Shown here: positions 47,268-58,347 of the stretch, piece after piece
Layout of the letters: the number at the start of each line of letters is the position of its first letter
How positions within the stretch are numbered: position 1 is the first letter of the stretch
From: an uncultured bacterium
GTDB lineage: Bacteria > Armatimonadota > Abditibacteriia > Abditibacteriales > Abditibacteriaceae
Length of the DNA stretch: 64,000 nt
Assembly (NCBI GenBank): GCA_963843795.1
Contig: CAWJLW010000006.1
Location: forward strand, 3,112,375 to 3,176,374
Direction: 5' to 3'
The notes under the pieces: model-generated
What the model was told of the DNA's origin: nothing
The model's input: the letters and a program-made list of their open reading frames with translations, nothing else
Databases searched by the model: none
Translations under genes and position numbers: made by a program

Positions 47268-48053
47268 ATGCCAGAGGAAATTGACAAGGCAGCAAGTGGA
47301 ACCCGACGTTTTCGCCTACCCAAGCTCTTCGCCGAAATTGAAGGTGAAGCCACCGAGGAATGGGTTGAGAACAGCGAAACCGATGACGCGTCGCACACTA
47401 ACGATGCAAACGCTCGATTCATGGGTCACCACGAAGACTCGCAAGCCGCCGTAAACAGCCCGAGCGCGGTAGTTCGGCCCGGTGAAGATGAAGGGCAGGT
47501 GCTGGAATACGTCGCGGGCATGGCGCAGGAATTGTTGGCGATGCGCGATGTGCTGAGCCACATGACGCAGCAGATCGAAGAAATAAATCAGCGCGAATCG
47601 ACTCAGGAAAAGGTTTTCGATACGCTGCACGCCGAATTGGGCGACTATAAAAAAGATTTCATCTACGAGCGCCTTAAGCCCGTTGTGCGCCCGCTGTTGT
47701 TTTTATACGATTCGTTGGAGCAGTTCGATGAGGAAGTCGCGCAGCATGAGCAGCCCGATGACGACGAACGGCGCGGGTTGTCGCCGCGTCTGGTGCGCGA
47801 TAACGTGGTTTATTTTCGCGATCAGTTAGTGGAAGCACTACACGTTTGTCAGGTAACGCAAATGGAAACGCCCAAAGGTGTTTTTAACGCCAGGCTCCAC
47901 AAAGCGATGGGTGTTGAAGCGGTGCCGCCCGAACGTCATGGTCACATCATGCGCGTGCTTCGTTCGGGCTGGTATCTGAACGGACAGTTACTGCGCCCTG
48001 CCGAAGTTATCGTGGGTAAATCTACGGAGACCTCGCCAAAACCAGCGGCCTGA
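47268..48053 (+). CDS. GrpE-like nucleotide exchange factor
   Basis: Coiled coil then FNARLHKAM...VLRSGWYLNGQLLRPAEVIV. Confidence 0.8.
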   Translation: MPEEIDKAASGTRRFRLPKLFAEIEGEATEEWVENSETDDASHTNDANARFMGHHEDSQAAVNSPSAVVRPGEDEGQVLEYVAGMAQELLAMRDVLSHMTQQIEEINQRESTQEKVFDTLHAELGDYKKDFIYERLKPVVRPLLFLYDSLEQFDEEVAQHEQPDDDERRGLSPRLVRDNVVYFRDQLVEALHVCQVTQMETPKGVFNARLHKAMGVEAVPPERHGHIMRVLRSGWYLNGQLLRPAEVIVGKSTETSPKPAA

Positions 48054-48211
48054 AAATTGGCAGGCGAAGCGGTGTGAATGAGAGGGTAGTGAAAACGGTC
48101 GAAAATGTGGCATTTAGGACAGCAGTTGCGTATAAGAAACAGATAGAAAGCTGGTATTGCAGGTGACAGAAATTTCGCTGGGAATTTCGTTCAGTAACGG
48201 GGAGGATCATT

Positions 48212-49747
48212 TTGGGGCGCGCAGTTGGAATTGACTTGGGGACGACTTACAGCGCAGTAGCGTGCGTTGACGAATACGGCAAGCCGATGGTTATCAAGAA
48301 CGCCGATGGTCAAACCACCACGCCATCGGTGATTTTTGTCGATCCACCCAACTACGTGGTCGGCGAGGTCGCCTTGCAAAGCACCATGACCGATCCCGAT
48401 CGTGTGGTGCAGTTCGTGAAGCGTTTCATGGGCGTGCCGGATTATCGCGTCATGGTCGGCGAATATTCGTTTTCCCCCGAATTTCTGTCGTCGATTATTC
48501 TGCGCAAAATCGCGCAGGAGGCGCAGGACGAACTGGGCGAACCCGTCACGGCTGCCGTTATCACTGTGCCCGCTTACTTCACCGAAGCCCAACGCCACGC
48601 CACCTACGAAGCGGGCCAATTGGCCGGTCTCGATGTGCTGCGCATTATCAACGAACCGACTGCTGCCGCTTTGAGCTATGGCATTTCGCGGCGCGGCCAA
48701 AAACGCAACATTCTGGTTTATGACTTGGGCGGTGGCACTTTCGATGTCACGATTCTGGCCATCGACAACGATTCATTAAATGTGCTGGCTGTCGGCGGCG
48801 ATCCTCATCTGGGCGGCAAAGATTGGGACGACCGTATTATGAATTTCATCGAGGAAGAGCTTCAAGAAAAGTTCGGCTACGAAATGGAATCTGATCCGAG
48901 TTTGGAAGCCGAGTTGCGCCTCAAAGCCGAAGCCGCCAAGCGCCAGTTGACCGGACGGCCATCGGTTCCTATTACGTTTAAAGCCAAACGCTCGATTGAC
49001 ACCGGTTCAGGCACGATGGACACATTCATCCCAGTCCGCGTGGAATTGGCGCGCGAAGAATTTGAAAAGCGCACCGCCGATTTGCTGACACGCACAGAAC
49101 TTTTACTGGAAAACGTGTTGCACCAATCGGGTTTGGGTTGGGACGACATTAGTGAAACTTTGTGCGTGGGCGGCAGTTCGCGAATGCCCATGGTGCGAGA
49201 AATGCTGACGCGCATTACCGGCAAGCGCGCTTTGTTACACGATCCCGACGAATGCGTCGCCAAAGGTGCTGCGCTCCAGGCCGCGTTATTGGCCGAAGAT
49301 GAAACCGTGGGTGCAGTTTCGGTCGGACATGTTCTGGCGCATTCATTGGGCGTCGCGACGGCGCGCGGCGGCGAAATGGTCATCGACCACATCATTCCCA
49401 GCCTCACGCCGCTGCCCTGCTCGCAAGTGCGCGACGGTTACACCACAACCATTGATAATCAGAGCACAGTTCAAATACGCATCTACGAGGGCGAAAGCAA
49501 AGATCCTGACGCTTATTCGAGCGGGCCAATCGGCGTTTTTAATCTCGATGTGGCTCCGCCGCGCCCCAAAGGCCAGCCCAAAATCAGCGTAGAGTTCCGC
49601 TGCGACGAGAATGGACGCATCACAGCTTTGGCGCGCGACCGGGACACCGGTCGCGAAAGCCGGACGATGATCTCTCTGGTCGGCGAACGCCAAGATACCG
49701 AAGTCGAAGAAGAAGCATCTTTGCTATCGCAAGCGATTATTTCGTAA
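48212..49747 (+). CDS. Hsp70 family protein, short (511 aa, no lid domain)
   Basis: GIDLGTTYS, TVPAYF, INEPTAAAL, YDLGGGTFD, VGGSSRMP; TTG start with SD GGAGG. Confidence 0.92.
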   Translation: MGRAVGIDLGTTYSAVACVDEYGKPMVIKNADGQTTTPSVIFVDPPNYVVGEVALQSTMTDPDRVVQFVKRFMGVPDYRVMVGEYSFSPEFLSSIILRKIAQEAQDELGEPVTAAVITVPAYFTEAQRHATYEAGQLAGLDVLRIINEPTAAALSYGISRRGQKRNILVYDLGGGTFDVTILAIDNDSLNVLAVGGDPHLGGKDWDDRIMNFIEEELQEKFGYEMESDPSLEAELRLKAEAAKRQLTGRPSVPITFKAKRSIDTGSGTMDTFIPVRVELAREEFEKRTADLLTRTELLLENVLHQSGLGWDDISETLCVGGSSRMPMVREMLTRITGKRALLHDPDECVAKGAALQAALLAEDETVGAVSVGHVLAHSLGVATARGGEMVIDHIIPSLTPLPCSQVRDGYTTTIDNQSTVQIRIYEGESKDPDAYSSGPIGVFNLDVAPPRPKGQPKISVEFRCDENGRITALARDRDTGRESRTMISLVGERQDTEVEEEASLLSQAIIS

Positions 49748-49801
49748 ATTACGCTGCAAGTACTTGCAGAGTGTTGTGTAACAAATACTTTCGAGGACAA
49801 T

Positions 49802-50440
49802 ATGGCCGAATCTCTCCCTTATAATCTTGACGCCGCGCGCGCCGATGGCTTTGTTGATTATTATGAACTGCTGCAAATGCCTTCATCGAGTTCTGAGGAA
49901 GAGCTACGCGGACGCATTCAAGGCTTATATTCCGAAGCACAGGCCAATCGTGACCACCGTAATTTGAACAAGCGACGCGATTATCAGGCTTTGCTGGACT
50001 ACTTGCCGCAGGCGCGCGGCGTTCTAGTTGAAGATCAGAGCAAGCGTGCCGCCTACGACGAGTACGCCGCTCAGGCGCGCGTTGGCGCGCCTGAACAGCC
50101 ATTTGAAAGCTTTCTGGCGCAATTGTCGGGAGAAGTGCCCGCAGAAGAACGCACCGATGTGTTGGGCGTTCAAACCGGCGGCGCGCGCACTCAGCCCAAA
50201 ACGAAGCGCAGCACGCCAGCCGTCGCCGAAGATCGCCCGGTTCGTCGTCCGCAAATACAATCGACGACTCAGCAGGGCCTTAGGGGTTCGGCTATCGCGG
50301 TGATCGTCTTCGCCATCTTGATGGTTGTGTGTTATCTGGTTACTCACAATTGGCCGCTTTCAGTGCTGATTTCCGCCATTGGTGGTGTCATTACCTGGTT
50401 CGTTACGCGCCCGCGTGGCGGCGGACGCATCGCACGTTGA
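49802..50440 (+). CDS. J-domain-like membrane protein lacking HPD
   Basis: DYYELLQM...KRAAYDE J-like ends; two C-terminal TM helices. Confidence 0.6.
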   Translation: MAESLPYNLDAARADGFVDYYELLQMPSSSSEEELRGRIQGLYSEAQANRDHRNLNKRRDYQALLDYLPQARGVLVEDQSKRAAYDEYAAQARVGAPEQPFESFLAQLSGEVPAEERTDVLGVQTGGARTQPKTKRSTPAVAEDRPVRRPQIQSTTQQGLRGSAIAVIVFAILMVVCYLVTHNWPLSVLISAIGGVITWFVTRPRGGGRIAR

Positions 50441-50448
50441 CAATGTTA

Positions 50449-50491
50449 AAACCTAAAAGACCGCGCATTTCATGCGCGGTCTTTTAGGTTT
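50449..50491. terminator. Conventional bidirectional terminator (no core motif)
   Basis: aaacctaaaagaccgcgcat-ttc-atgcgcggtcttttaggttt. Confidence 0.78.
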
Positions 50492-50509
50492 GCCTTGCCA
50501 ACACTAATT

Positions 50510-50881
50510 TTACGCGAGTTCGCGCAGCCAATCTTCGCCATTGAAAACCTGATCGTTGGTCAACAAACGCTCGATGCCCGCCGCTTTGGCGGCTCTCCGA
50601 ATTTCGATTTCCAAGTGGCCGCAGAAACCAAACACGCGCACATTGGGGAAATGTTGATGGCAGCTCCCAATTTGCGCCACGCCATCCAAACTGCGCGAAC
50701 CTAAATTGATGAGAATTAAACTGCACACGCCGCTGCAAGTACTTGCAGCGACAGTTTTGGCGTCACGCGCCGTGACCACACGGTAATTTTCGCCCTGCAA
50801 TCGTCGGACAACTCGTGCCGACGACATCAAATTATCATCGAGCAACAAAATCCATGGCGTTTGTTGGGGCATTTCTGTCAT
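50510..50881 (-). CDS. Degenerate receiver-like protein
   Basis: ILLLDD present, but N replaces the phospho-acceptor Asp (LILINL); ATGA overlap with the deacetylase stop. Confidence 0.65.
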   Translation of the reverse strand: MTEMPQQTPWILLLDDNLMSSARVVRRLQGENYRVVTARDAKTVAASTCSGVCSLILINLGSRSLDGVAQIGSCHQHFPNVRVFGFCGHLEIEIRRAAKAAGIERLLTNDQVFNGEDWLRELA

Positions 50882-51828
50882 AAATCTCCTTCGTCATCTT
50901 TAAGCATTTCGGCCAAAACAGCAACTACGCTCTCGGACAAACCACCTAAATCGTAGCCGCCTTCTAAAATCGCCAGCACGCGCCCTTGACACATTTCGCG
51001 CGCCCAGCTTTTGGTTTCCCGCATCATTTGGGCAAAGCCTGCAGCCGTCACATTCATGTGGCCCAACGGATCGTCACGGTGCGCATCGAAGCCCGCTGAT
51101 ATGATAATCAGTTGCGGCGCAAATTCAATCAATGGTGCGCGCAGCGACTGCCACGCTTTAAGATAATCGGCATCATCACGCCCGGCGCGCAGCGGAATAT
51201 TGAGCGTGGTGCCAGCACCTGCGCCAGCACCGGTTTCTTCGCGCGCACCGCTGCCGGGATAAAGCGGCGATTCATGCAACGAAGCGAAAAACACGCTTGG
51301 GTCTCCATAAAAAATTTCTTGTGTGCCATTTCCGTGATGGACATCCCAATCGACAATCGCCACGCGTTCGATGCCATTCTTTTGAGCGTAACGCGCTGCA
51401 ATCGCTGCGTGGTTGAACAGGCAAAAGCCCATTGCGCGCGAGCTTTCGGCGTGATGACCCGGCGGGCGACTCGCTACGAAAGCATTATGGCAAGCGCCAT
51501 CTATAATCATCTGAACCGCCGTACACGCTGCGCCAGTCGCCAGACGCGCCACATCGAACGAATATCGATTGAGATAAGTGTCTGCATCAAGGTCGCTTTC
51601 GATTGCGCTGGCCGCGCGCACCATTTCAACCAAATCTGCGCTGTGACAAAGTTGCAAAAGTGCGGCTTCAGCGGTCTCAAAATCAGGGCGCAATAATTGC
51701 CACTGAAGGCCGCTATTCTCGAGCGCGCGATCAATGGCTTTTAAACGTTGCGCTTGCTCAGGATGAAAATATGTGGTTTCGTGCAACACGAAGTCAGAAT
51801 GCGTGAAATAGGCTGTTTTCATAGTCAT
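50878..51828 (-). CDS. Histone deacetylase family protein
   Basis: HPE, RPPGHHA, GFCLFN, DWDVHHGNGTQ, SAGFD, LEGGY. Confidence 0.94.
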   Translation of the reverse strand: MTMKTAYFTHSDFVLHETTYFHPEQAQRLKAIDRALENSGLQWQLLRPDFETAEAALLQLCHSADLVEMVRAASAIESDLDADTYLNRYSFDVARLATGAACTAVQMIIDGACHNAFVASRPPGHHAESSRAMGFCLFNHAAIAARYAQKNGIERVAIVDWDVHHGNGTQEIFYGDPSVFFASLHESPLYPGSGAREETGAGAGAGTTLNIPLRAGRDDADYLKAWQSLRAPLIEFAPQLIIISAGFDAHRDDPLGHMNVTAAGFAQMMRETKSWAREMCQGRVLAILEGGYDLGGLSESVVAVLAEMLKDDEGDL

Positions 51829-51958
51829 CGGACTGTTTAGTAAAATTGAGCGTGGCAATTCTTGATCGGGCGCGACAACTTGCGTGAAGAAAAGTTTTTC
51901 CTATTTTGCTCATTACTTGCATTTCACGCGCTCAATTCGATAGAATTAATAAGCGGAG

Positions 51959-52894
51959 GTGGGTCAATTGGAGCTTTATCAATTAAAATTATTTGTCGAC
52001 TTGGCTGAAATGGGCAATTTCACACGAGTTGCTAATGACAATTATGTCACACAGGCGGCGGTGACTTTGCAGATTCGCAAGCTGGAAAGTGAGTTGGGCG
52101 TATCACTTTTTCACCGCACGACGCGCAGCGTAACTTTGCTCGAAGCCGGACATCGTTTGCTGCCCTATGCGCGCGATGTGCTACAAAAAGTCGAAGAAGC
52201 GATGCTAGTGGTGCGAGACACTAAAGCTGAAGTGACCGGTGTGGTACGCGTGGCCAGCGTGCATTCCATCGGCTTGTACGAACTGCCGCCTTATGTGCGC
52301 GCGTTTTTGAAACGCTTTCCAGGCGTCAATCTGCGTATTGACTATCGCACATCTGAAGAAGTTTATCGCGCCTTGCACAATGGTGAAATCGATTTGGGAT
52401 TGGTGGCCTATCCCTACGAGATGCCGCGCGTGCAATGCTTGCCGTTCATGAAAGACCATCTGGTAGCCATCGTGCCCGAAGATCACGAGTTTGCGAACAA
52501 AAAATCCATCAAAATCGCTGATCTCAAAGGCCAAAGCACAGTGCAGTTTTCGGGCGATACGCCAACGCGCCGCGCGACCGATCAGATTTTACACGACAAT
52601 GATGTAAGCGTGAACGTGCGGATGGAATGCGACAACATTGAGATTCTGAAGCAGATGGTGGAAGTTGGCTTCGGCATCGCGCTGTTGCCCAAAGAATCGC
52701 TGACACGAGGCGACCGCGCTGCTGGTCTGCGCGCCGTCAATATCGAAGACGTCGAATTCGAGCGTCCCATCGGCATTTTGCTGTTGAAAAATGCTCCGCG
52801 TTTCAAAGCTGTGCGCGCCTTTGTCGCCTCATTGACCGGAAATCTGCCGCCTGTGAAAGACGGCGAAGACGACGAAAAAACGAGCGGAAAATAA
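51959..52894 (+). CDS. LysR family transcriptional regulator
   Basis: NFTRVA...TQAAVTLQIRKLESELGVSLFHR. Confidence 0.93.
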   Translation: MGQLELYQLKLFVDLAEMGNFTRVANDNYVTQAAVTLQIRKLESELGVSLFHRTTRSVTLLEAGHRLLPYARDVLQKVEEAMLVVRDTKAEVTGVVRVASVHSIGLYELPPYVRAFLKRFPGVNLRIDYRTSEEVYRALHNGEIDLGLVAYPYEMPRVQCLPFMKDHLVAIVPEDHEFANKKSIKIADLKGQSTVQFSGDTPTRRATDQILHDNDVSVNVRMECDNIEILKQMVEVGFGIALLPKESLTRGDRAAGLRAVNIEDVEFERPIGILLLKNAPRFKAVRAFVASLTGNLPPVKDGEDDEKTSGK

Positions 52895-52917
52895 TTCATT
52901 GGCTTGTTGATTAACAG

Positions 52918-52951
52918 AAAAGCCTCCTGCAAGTACTTGCAGGAGGCTTTT
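52918..52951. terminator. 34-bp perfect palindrome after the LysR gene
   Basis: aaaagcctcc-core-ggaggctttt. Confidence 0.72.
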
Positions 52952-53056
52952 TGTTGCTTGTAAGGTGGGGCCACTATCCGAGTAATTTTATCTGCTTTTA
53001 ATTTAGCGTATGACACAGATAACCTCTCATCTCTTGTCAAATTAGTTTCAAAAACA

Positions 53057-53089
53057 AAAAGCCCGCAGCGAAATTCGCTGCGGACTTTT
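53057..53089 (-). terminator. Intrinsic terminator downstream of rpsI
   Basis: aaaagcccgcagcgaa-a-ttcgctgcggactttt. Confidence 0.65.
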
Positions 53090-53125
53090 GAAGTGCAAGC
53101 ACTGTAAGTACTTGCAGGATAGTTT

Positions 53126-53515
53126 TTAGCGCTTCGAGAACTGGAAGCCGCGACGGGCGCGTTTGCGGCCATATTTTTTGCGTTCTTTCACGCGCGGGTC
53201 GCGCGTCAGAGCGCCGATTTCGCGCATCGGGACGCGCATTTCTTCATTCGCTTCGACCAGCGCTTTAGCGATGCCATGACGCAGCGCTTCGGCCTGTCCG
53301 GTGATGCCGCCGCCGTGCGCGGTGGCTTTCACGTCGTAGGTTTGCGTAACGGCTTCGTGGCGCAGCGATTCACGTGCCGATTGCTGGTGCGTGATGCGGC
53401 CAAAGTATTCTTCCAATGGCTTGCCATTGACGACGAATTTGCCTTCGCCCGGCGTCAGCCACACGCGCGCCACAGCGTCTTTGCGCTTGCCCGTGCCATA
53501 GTAAGTATCCGGCAT
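53126..53515 (-). CDS. rpsI: 30S ribosomal protein S9
   Basis: GTGKRK, ERKKYG, QFSKR. Confidence 0.97.
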   Translation of the reverse strand: MPDTYYGTGKRKDAVARVWLTPGEGKFVVNGKPLEEYFGRITHQQSARESLRHEAVTQTYDVKATAHGGGITGQAEALRHGIAKALVEANEEMRVPMREIGALTRDPRVKERKKYGRKRARRGFQFSKR

Positions 53516-53545
53516 ATTTTTCTCCTTAAATAACTAATGCTCGGT

Positions 53546-54004
53546 TTACAAACCGACGCTTTTCAGTTCCAGCGGCTGTGGGTTCTGCGCGCTATGCGGA
53601 TGCTTGTCGTCCGCGTAGATGTGCAGCTTGCGCGCTTGAGCGCGTCCCAGAGTGTTGTGCGGCAGCATGCCCTGAATGGCATCTTGTAACACGCGCTCGG
53701 GGTTGTTTTCCATCTGCGTTTTCGCATCGACGGCTTTCAAAGAACCGGGGCGTGTTGTGCTGCGATAGTAGATTTTCTGTTCCAGTTTCTGACCAGTAAA
53801 AACCGCTTTGCCCGCGTTGATGATAATCACAAAATCACCGGTATCCACCGAAGGCGTGAACTGCGGTTTGTGCTTGCCACGCAAAACGTGCGCGACGCGC
53901 GAAGCCAATCGTCCGACGGTCTGTCCCGTCGCATCCACGACATGCCACGAGCGCGTAATTTCGCTCGCTTTGGCGTGGTAAGTTTTCGCTTTAATCGTTG
54001 CCAT
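53546..54004 (-). CDS. rplM: 50S ribosomal protein L13
   Basis: [20 protein letters not shown]. Confidence 0.97.
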   Translation of the reverse strand: MATIKAKTYHAKASEITRSWHVVDATGQTVGRLASRVAHVLRGKHKPQFTPSVDTGDFVIIINAGKAVFTGQKLEQKIYYRSTTRPGSLKAVDAKTQMENNPERVLQDAIQGMLPHNTLGRAQARKLHIYADDKHPHSAQNPQPLELKSVGL

Positions 54005-54791
54005 GATATTTCACCTGCACTAAACACAACCCACTCGGTGGCGCTGGCGATGGGCACTTTGTCCGATCTTTGCCCGCGCTCAATTCCAAAATGTGCTGTG
54101 CCGTTAAATTTCCTCTGCCGGCCTCGATCAACGCGCCGACGATATTCCTCACCATCTGATATAGAAAAGCGTCCGCCTCGATCTCAATTTCAATCGTGGC
54201 CACGCCCCAAATTGTGTTTCTTGCTACTTGCAGCCGCCGCACTTCACGCACTGTTGTATGCGTCGGGCTGCCCGCCGATTGCCACGCTGCGAAATCTTGC
54301 CGCCCGATAAACGCCGCACTTGCCGCGCTCATCAAATTTTCATCCAACCCATCACGAATCCGTCCTGTAATGTGACGCAAAAGCGGTTGCTCGTGCACGC
54401 CATCGAGAATCGAATAACGATAAACGCGACCAGTCGCATCGAAACGCGGATGAAAATTTTCCGCGCATTCCCACGCACGCTGCACGCGTATATCTCGTGC
54501 TAGATGCGCGTTTAGCGCTTTGGAAACGCGTTCGGCGGGAATACGATTTTGCGTATGAAAGCGAAAAACCTGTCCCGTTGCGTGCACTCCGGCATCGGTG
54601 CGTCCCGCAAGAACAACTGGCGTCGGGCGCTTAGTGATGCTTTCCAGCGCGCTTTCCAAATCACCTTGCACCGTGCGGTCGCGGCTTTGGCGCTGCGACC
54701 CGCACAAATGCGTGCCTTCGTAAGCGACAATTGCAGCGATTGCTCGCTGCGGTTGTCTTTCTGGTTCAGCTGCAAGTACTTGCGTGTCCAT
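53991..54791 (-). CDS. truA: tRNA pseudouridine(38-40) synthase
   Basis: [20 protein letters not shown]. Confidence 0.95.
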   Translation of the reverse strand: MDTQVLAAEPERQPQRAIAAIVAYEGTHLCGSQRQSRDRTVQGDLESALESITKRPTPVVLAGRTDAGVHATGQVFRFHTQNRIPAERVSKALNAHLARDIRVQRAWECAENFHPRFDATGRVYRYSILDGVHEQPLLRHITGRIRDGLDENLMSAASAAFIGRQDFAAWQSAGSPTHTTVREVRRLQVARNTIWGVATIEIEIEADAFLYQMVRNIVGALIEAGRGNLTAQHILELSAGKDRTKCPSPAPPSGLCLVQVKYHGND

Positions 54792-54805
54792 TAACGAACG
54801 CGCGA

Positions 54806-55294
54806 CTACTCGACCAACATCAAAACCGCTTGCGGAGCGGCATCGCCACGGCGCGGTGGCATTTTCACCATGCGCACATAGCCACCATTGCCACCGGGTT
54901 GATCTTTAGCGCGATCTTTGTATCGCGGTGCGATTTCGGTGAACAATTTTTCCAGAATTTCGCGCTCGGGATGCGCCGATTCGCGCCACGCTTTCACGTT
55001 GACATTTTTGCGAATTGCGAGCGGATTACTCTGCTTGCGTTTGGCGAATTTCGCTTTCGATTCGCGCGGCATCGGCGGCTTTTGAATTACGCGCTCGATC
55101 AGTTGGCGGTTCGCTGGCGTGTCGTTCTTGGCGCGCGTGATGATTTTTTCGGCCATCGAGCGCACTTCGCGAGCGCGGGCTTCGGTTGTGACTACGCGCT
55201 CGTGCATGAACAACGCTTGCACTTGATTTCTCAACAGTGCCATGCGCTGATCGGTCGGTTTATTGAGCTTTCTGTGCCCAACTTTATGTCGCAT
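54806..55294 (-). CDS. rplQ: 50S ribosomal protein L17
   Basis: MRHKVGHRKL, GGYVRM, RRGDAA. Confidence 0.95.
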   Translation of the reverse strand: MRHKVGHRKLNKPTDQRMALLRNQVQALFMHERVVTTEARAREVRSMAEKIITRAKNDTPANRQLIERVIQKPPMPRESKAKFAKRKQSNPLAIRKNVNVKAWRESAHPEREILEKLFTEIAPRYKDRAKDQPGGNGGYVRMVKMPPRRGDAAPQAVLMLVE

Positions 55295-55372
55295 TTTTTC
55301 ACCTTTATCAATCCACCGTCACAAGGACTTGCCACTAAACTCGGGGTGCAAGTACTTGTGGGCATGGATTCT

Positions 55373-56347
55373 TTATAATTCGTATTCTTCGTCGTCTGAG
55401 GGCGCGGTTTCGAGCAGTTCGTAACCATATTCGCTCAGTTTATCTTTCACTTCGTCCAGCGATTTTTGACCGAAGTTGCGGATATTCATCAGGTCGGTGA
55501 CCGGATAAGTGCGCAATTCTTCCAGCGTTTCGATATTCTGGCGCTTCAAGCAGTTGTAAGTGCGATTCGAGAAATCCAGATCATCAATTTTAATGTCACG
55601 CGCACGGCTGCCTTCGCTGGATGGAGCTTCTTGGGGCACCAGTTCAACGGCGCCATCGATTTCGCGGAACAGTTCCAGATAAGCGGTCATAATCTGCGCC
55701 GCTTGGCCTAGAGCCGAAGCTGGAGCCAGCGCACCGTTCGTGGAAATCTCGATGACCAGACGATCCAATTCGGTCTGCTGACCAACGCGCGTCGCTTCTA
55801 CGTAATAGTTAACACGCGTGACCGGCGAGAAAATCGCGTCAATGGGCAAAGTGCCAATAGTTTTAGCGCGCTCTTGCATGCCCGAAGGCACATAACCTTT
55901 GCCGTTTTCAATCGTCAAAACGGCATCGAAACGCGCATCTTCGCGCGACAGCGTGCAGATAAGTTTTTCCGGCGACACAATTTGCACGCCCGCTGGAAGT
56001 TGAATGTCGGCTCCGGTGATGCGGCCTTCGCCCTGTTTGTCGATACGCGCCGTGACTGGACCATCGAGTGGGCCATCGGTGGTACGCAGAGCGATTTCTT
56101 TGAGGTTAAGGACAATATCCATCATGTCTTCGACCACACCGGGCAGGGTCGAAAACTCATGCTGCACGCCCTGCACTTGCACGGCGGTAATCGCTACACC
56201 TTCAATCGAAGACAGCAACACGCGGCGCAGGCTGGCGCCGAGCGTGTGGCCGTAGCCTTTATCGAGCGGATCAACGGCGAATTTGCCGTAGCGTTCGGAA
56301 TTTTGCAGCACGCGAATTTTCGGTTGGACTTGGGAAACATTGAACAT
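55373..56347 (-). CDS. rpoA: RNA polymerase subunit alpha
   Basis: GYGHTLGASLRRVLLSS, HEFSTLPGV, RNFGQKS. Confidence 0.97.
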   Translation of the reverse strand: MFNVSQVQPKIRVLQNSERYGKFAVDPLDKGYGHTLGASLRRVLLSSIEGVAITAVQVQGVQHEFSTLPGVVEDMMDIVLNLKEIALRTTDGPLDGPVTARIDKQGEGRITGADIQLPAGVQIVSPEKLICTLSREDARFDAVLTIENGKGYVPSGMQERAKTIGTLPIDAIFSPVTRVNYYVEATRVGQQTELDRLVIEISTNGALAPASALGQAAQIMTAYLELFREIDGAVELVPQEAPSSEGSRARDIKIDDLDFSNRTYNCLKRQNIETLEELRTYPVTDLMNIRNFGQKSLDEVKDKLSEYGYELLETAPSDDEEYEL

Positions 56348-56519
56348 GATTAAATCAAAAGCAACCCGCGGCATTGGACATACTTGCAAGGGCTGCGCGT
56401 TCCTCCAGGCGTCGTTGCAAGTACTTAAGGTCAGAAAGGCGCAATTCCAACAGCCAAACACGCACCAACCGAACGAAAACCAGTTGTTTTCGTCCGGAGT
56501 GCGAGTTCAAAGCTGCGAA

Positions 56520-57140
56520 TTAGCGCGAATAATATTCGATAATCAACTGTTCGTTGATACCGGGTTCGCCATCTTCACGGCGCGGCAGAGTCACGATATT
56601 CGCCGTCAACTGTCCCGAATCAAAATTGATCCAAGCTGGGCCGCGACGATTCAAATCACCGTTTTCGATTAGCGTTTTGAAGTAGGTTGCCTTGCGGCTT
56701 TCCGGTCTTACGGAAATTGTGTCGCCCACTTTCACAGAATAAGAAGGAATGTCGGTTTTGCGACCGTTGACCACGAAATGTCCATGTGCCACTAGCTGTC
56801 GCGCCTGCGCGCGGCTCTTGCCAAAGCCCATGCGATAAACTACGTTATCAAGACGACGTTCGAGCAGCGAAAAGAGTGCGTTACCAGTTTCGCCAGTGTC
56901 TTTTTTGGCAAATTCAAAGGTACGACGAAACTGCTTTTCCAGCATTCCGTAAATATACTTGGCTTTTTGCTTTTCTGCTAAACGCACCGCATAATCCGAC
57001 TGTTTGCGATTCGGGCGCGCATTCGGCCCATGCATTCCCGGCGCGAACGAACGCTTGTTGAGAATGCGCTCGCCTTTCTCGGTAATACCAAATCCTAAAC
57101 GCCGGCTCACTTTTCCGACCGGCCCACGATACCTTGCCAC
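56520..57140 (-). CDS. rpsD: 30S ribosomal protein S4
   Basis: [27 protein letters not shown] start. Confidence 0.97.
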   Translation of the reverse strand: MARYRGPVGKVSRRLGFGITEKGERILNKRSFAPGMHGPNARPNRKQSDYAVRLAEKQKAKYIYGMLEKQFRRTFEFAKKDTGETGNALFSLLERRLDNVVYRMGFGKSRAQARQLVAHGHFVVNGRKTDIPSYSVKVGDTISVRPESRKATYFKTLIENGDLNRRGPAWINFDSGQLTANIVTLPRREDGEPGINEQLIIEYYSR

Positions 57141-57294
57141 AACTTTCTCCTTAAATCTGCCGCGTGTCAACGATCACGCGCACAGCACATCTCTTTCAAA
57201 ACCAATTCCAAGCTACCCTGCAAGTACTTGCACGCTGTCGTGCCCGCAATCGAAGCCGTTGACCGCTGGATTTTGGTTTGCTTACAAACTATTT

Positions 57295-57678
57295 CTATAC
57301 GCGACGACGTTTACGCGGGCGGCAGCCGTTGTGCGGCAGTGCAGTTACATCGCGGATGTTACCGATTTCCAGGCCCGAAGCCTGTAATGCACGGATCGCG
57401 GTTTCACGACCGCTGCCCGGACCTTTCACAAAGACATCAACACGACGCATTCCTGCGTCCAGCGCGCGACGCGCCACGTTTTGGGCGGCGACTTGCGCAG
57501 CGAACGGCGTGCCTTTTTTGGTGCCCTTGAAGCCCACCGTGCCCGCTGACGACCAACCGAACGAATTGCCCTCGGCGTCGGTCAAGGTGACGATGGTATT
57601 ATTGAAGGTGCTTTGAATATAAGCCTGACCGCGCGCGGCGGCTTTTTTGGCGCGACGTGCGCCCCGTTGCTCTGCCAT
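57295..57678 (-). CDS. rpsK: 30S ribosomal protein S11
   Basis: STFNNT, TPFAA, PHNGCRP. Confidence 0.97.
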   Translation of the reverse strand: MAEQRGARRAKKAAARGQAYIQSTFNNTIVTLTDAEGNSFGWSSAGTVGFKGTKKGTPFAAQVAAQNVARRALDAGMRRVDVFVKGPGSGRETAIRALQASGLEIGNIRDVTALPHNGCRPRKRRRV

Positions 57679-57774
57679 AGTTTTTCCTGTGTTTTGCTAA
57701 TTTTTCACTTCATACTCACAAGTATTTGCAATGCCAAATTGGCATGCAAGTACTTGCCGAGCATTTGATCCGCG

Positions 57775-58146
57775 TTATTTCTTGCGCTTGACGCCAACCG
57801 TTTTGCGCGGGCCTTTGCGAGTGCGCGCGTTGGTTTTGGTGCGCTGGCCGCGCACGGGCAAGCCGCGACGATGGCGCAGACCGCGATAACAACCGATCTC
57901 CACCAAGCGCTTGATGTGGCCATTGACTTCGCGACGCAAATCGCCTTCAACGCGGTAATCCTGTTCGACAGCATCACGCAAACGCGAAGCGTCGTCCTCA
58001 GACAAATCGCGCACGCGCGTTGTCGGATCAATGCCCACCGTCTCGCAAATCTGCTTTGCCGAGGTCGGGCCAATGCCGTAAATGTAAGTGAGTGCCGTCT
58101 CGAGTTGCTTATCGCGCGGCAAATCAATTCCCGAAATTCGTGCCAT
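57775..58146 (-). CDS. rpsM: 30S ribosomal protein S13
   Basis: [23 protein letters not shown]. Confidence 0.97.
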   Translation of the reverse strand: MARISGIDLPRDKQLETALTYIYGIGPTSAKQICETVGIDPTTRVRDLSEDDASRLRDAVEQDYRVEGDLRREVNGHIKRLVEIGCYRGLRHRRGLPVRGQRTKTNARTRKGPRKTVGVKRKK

Positions 58147-58182
58147 GTTTCTCCAATTTCCTCTTTAACCCGCGTTCGGGTT

Positions 58183-58296
58183 TTAACCCTGACGCTGTTT
58201 ATGACGCTTGGTCGAACAAATGACCAACACTTTGCCGTGACGACGAATCACACGGCAATTAGCACAACGCGGCTTTACTGATGCTCGAACTTTCAT
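58183..58296 (-). CDS. rpmJ: 50S ribosomal protein L36
   Basis: Not in ORF track; manual translation [37 protein letters not shown]. Confidence 0.95.
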   Translation of the reverse strand: MKVRASVKPRCANCRVIRRHGKVLVICSTKRHKQRQG

Positions 58297-58347
58297 TGTT
58301 TATTCTCCTCAAAACGTCCCGCAATTACTTGCCAGAACAATTTCGTG

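Noticed and set aside
48212..49747. Calling this gene canonical dnaK
   Set aside because: Too short, lacks the lid and C-terminal tail, and has atypical partner genes.
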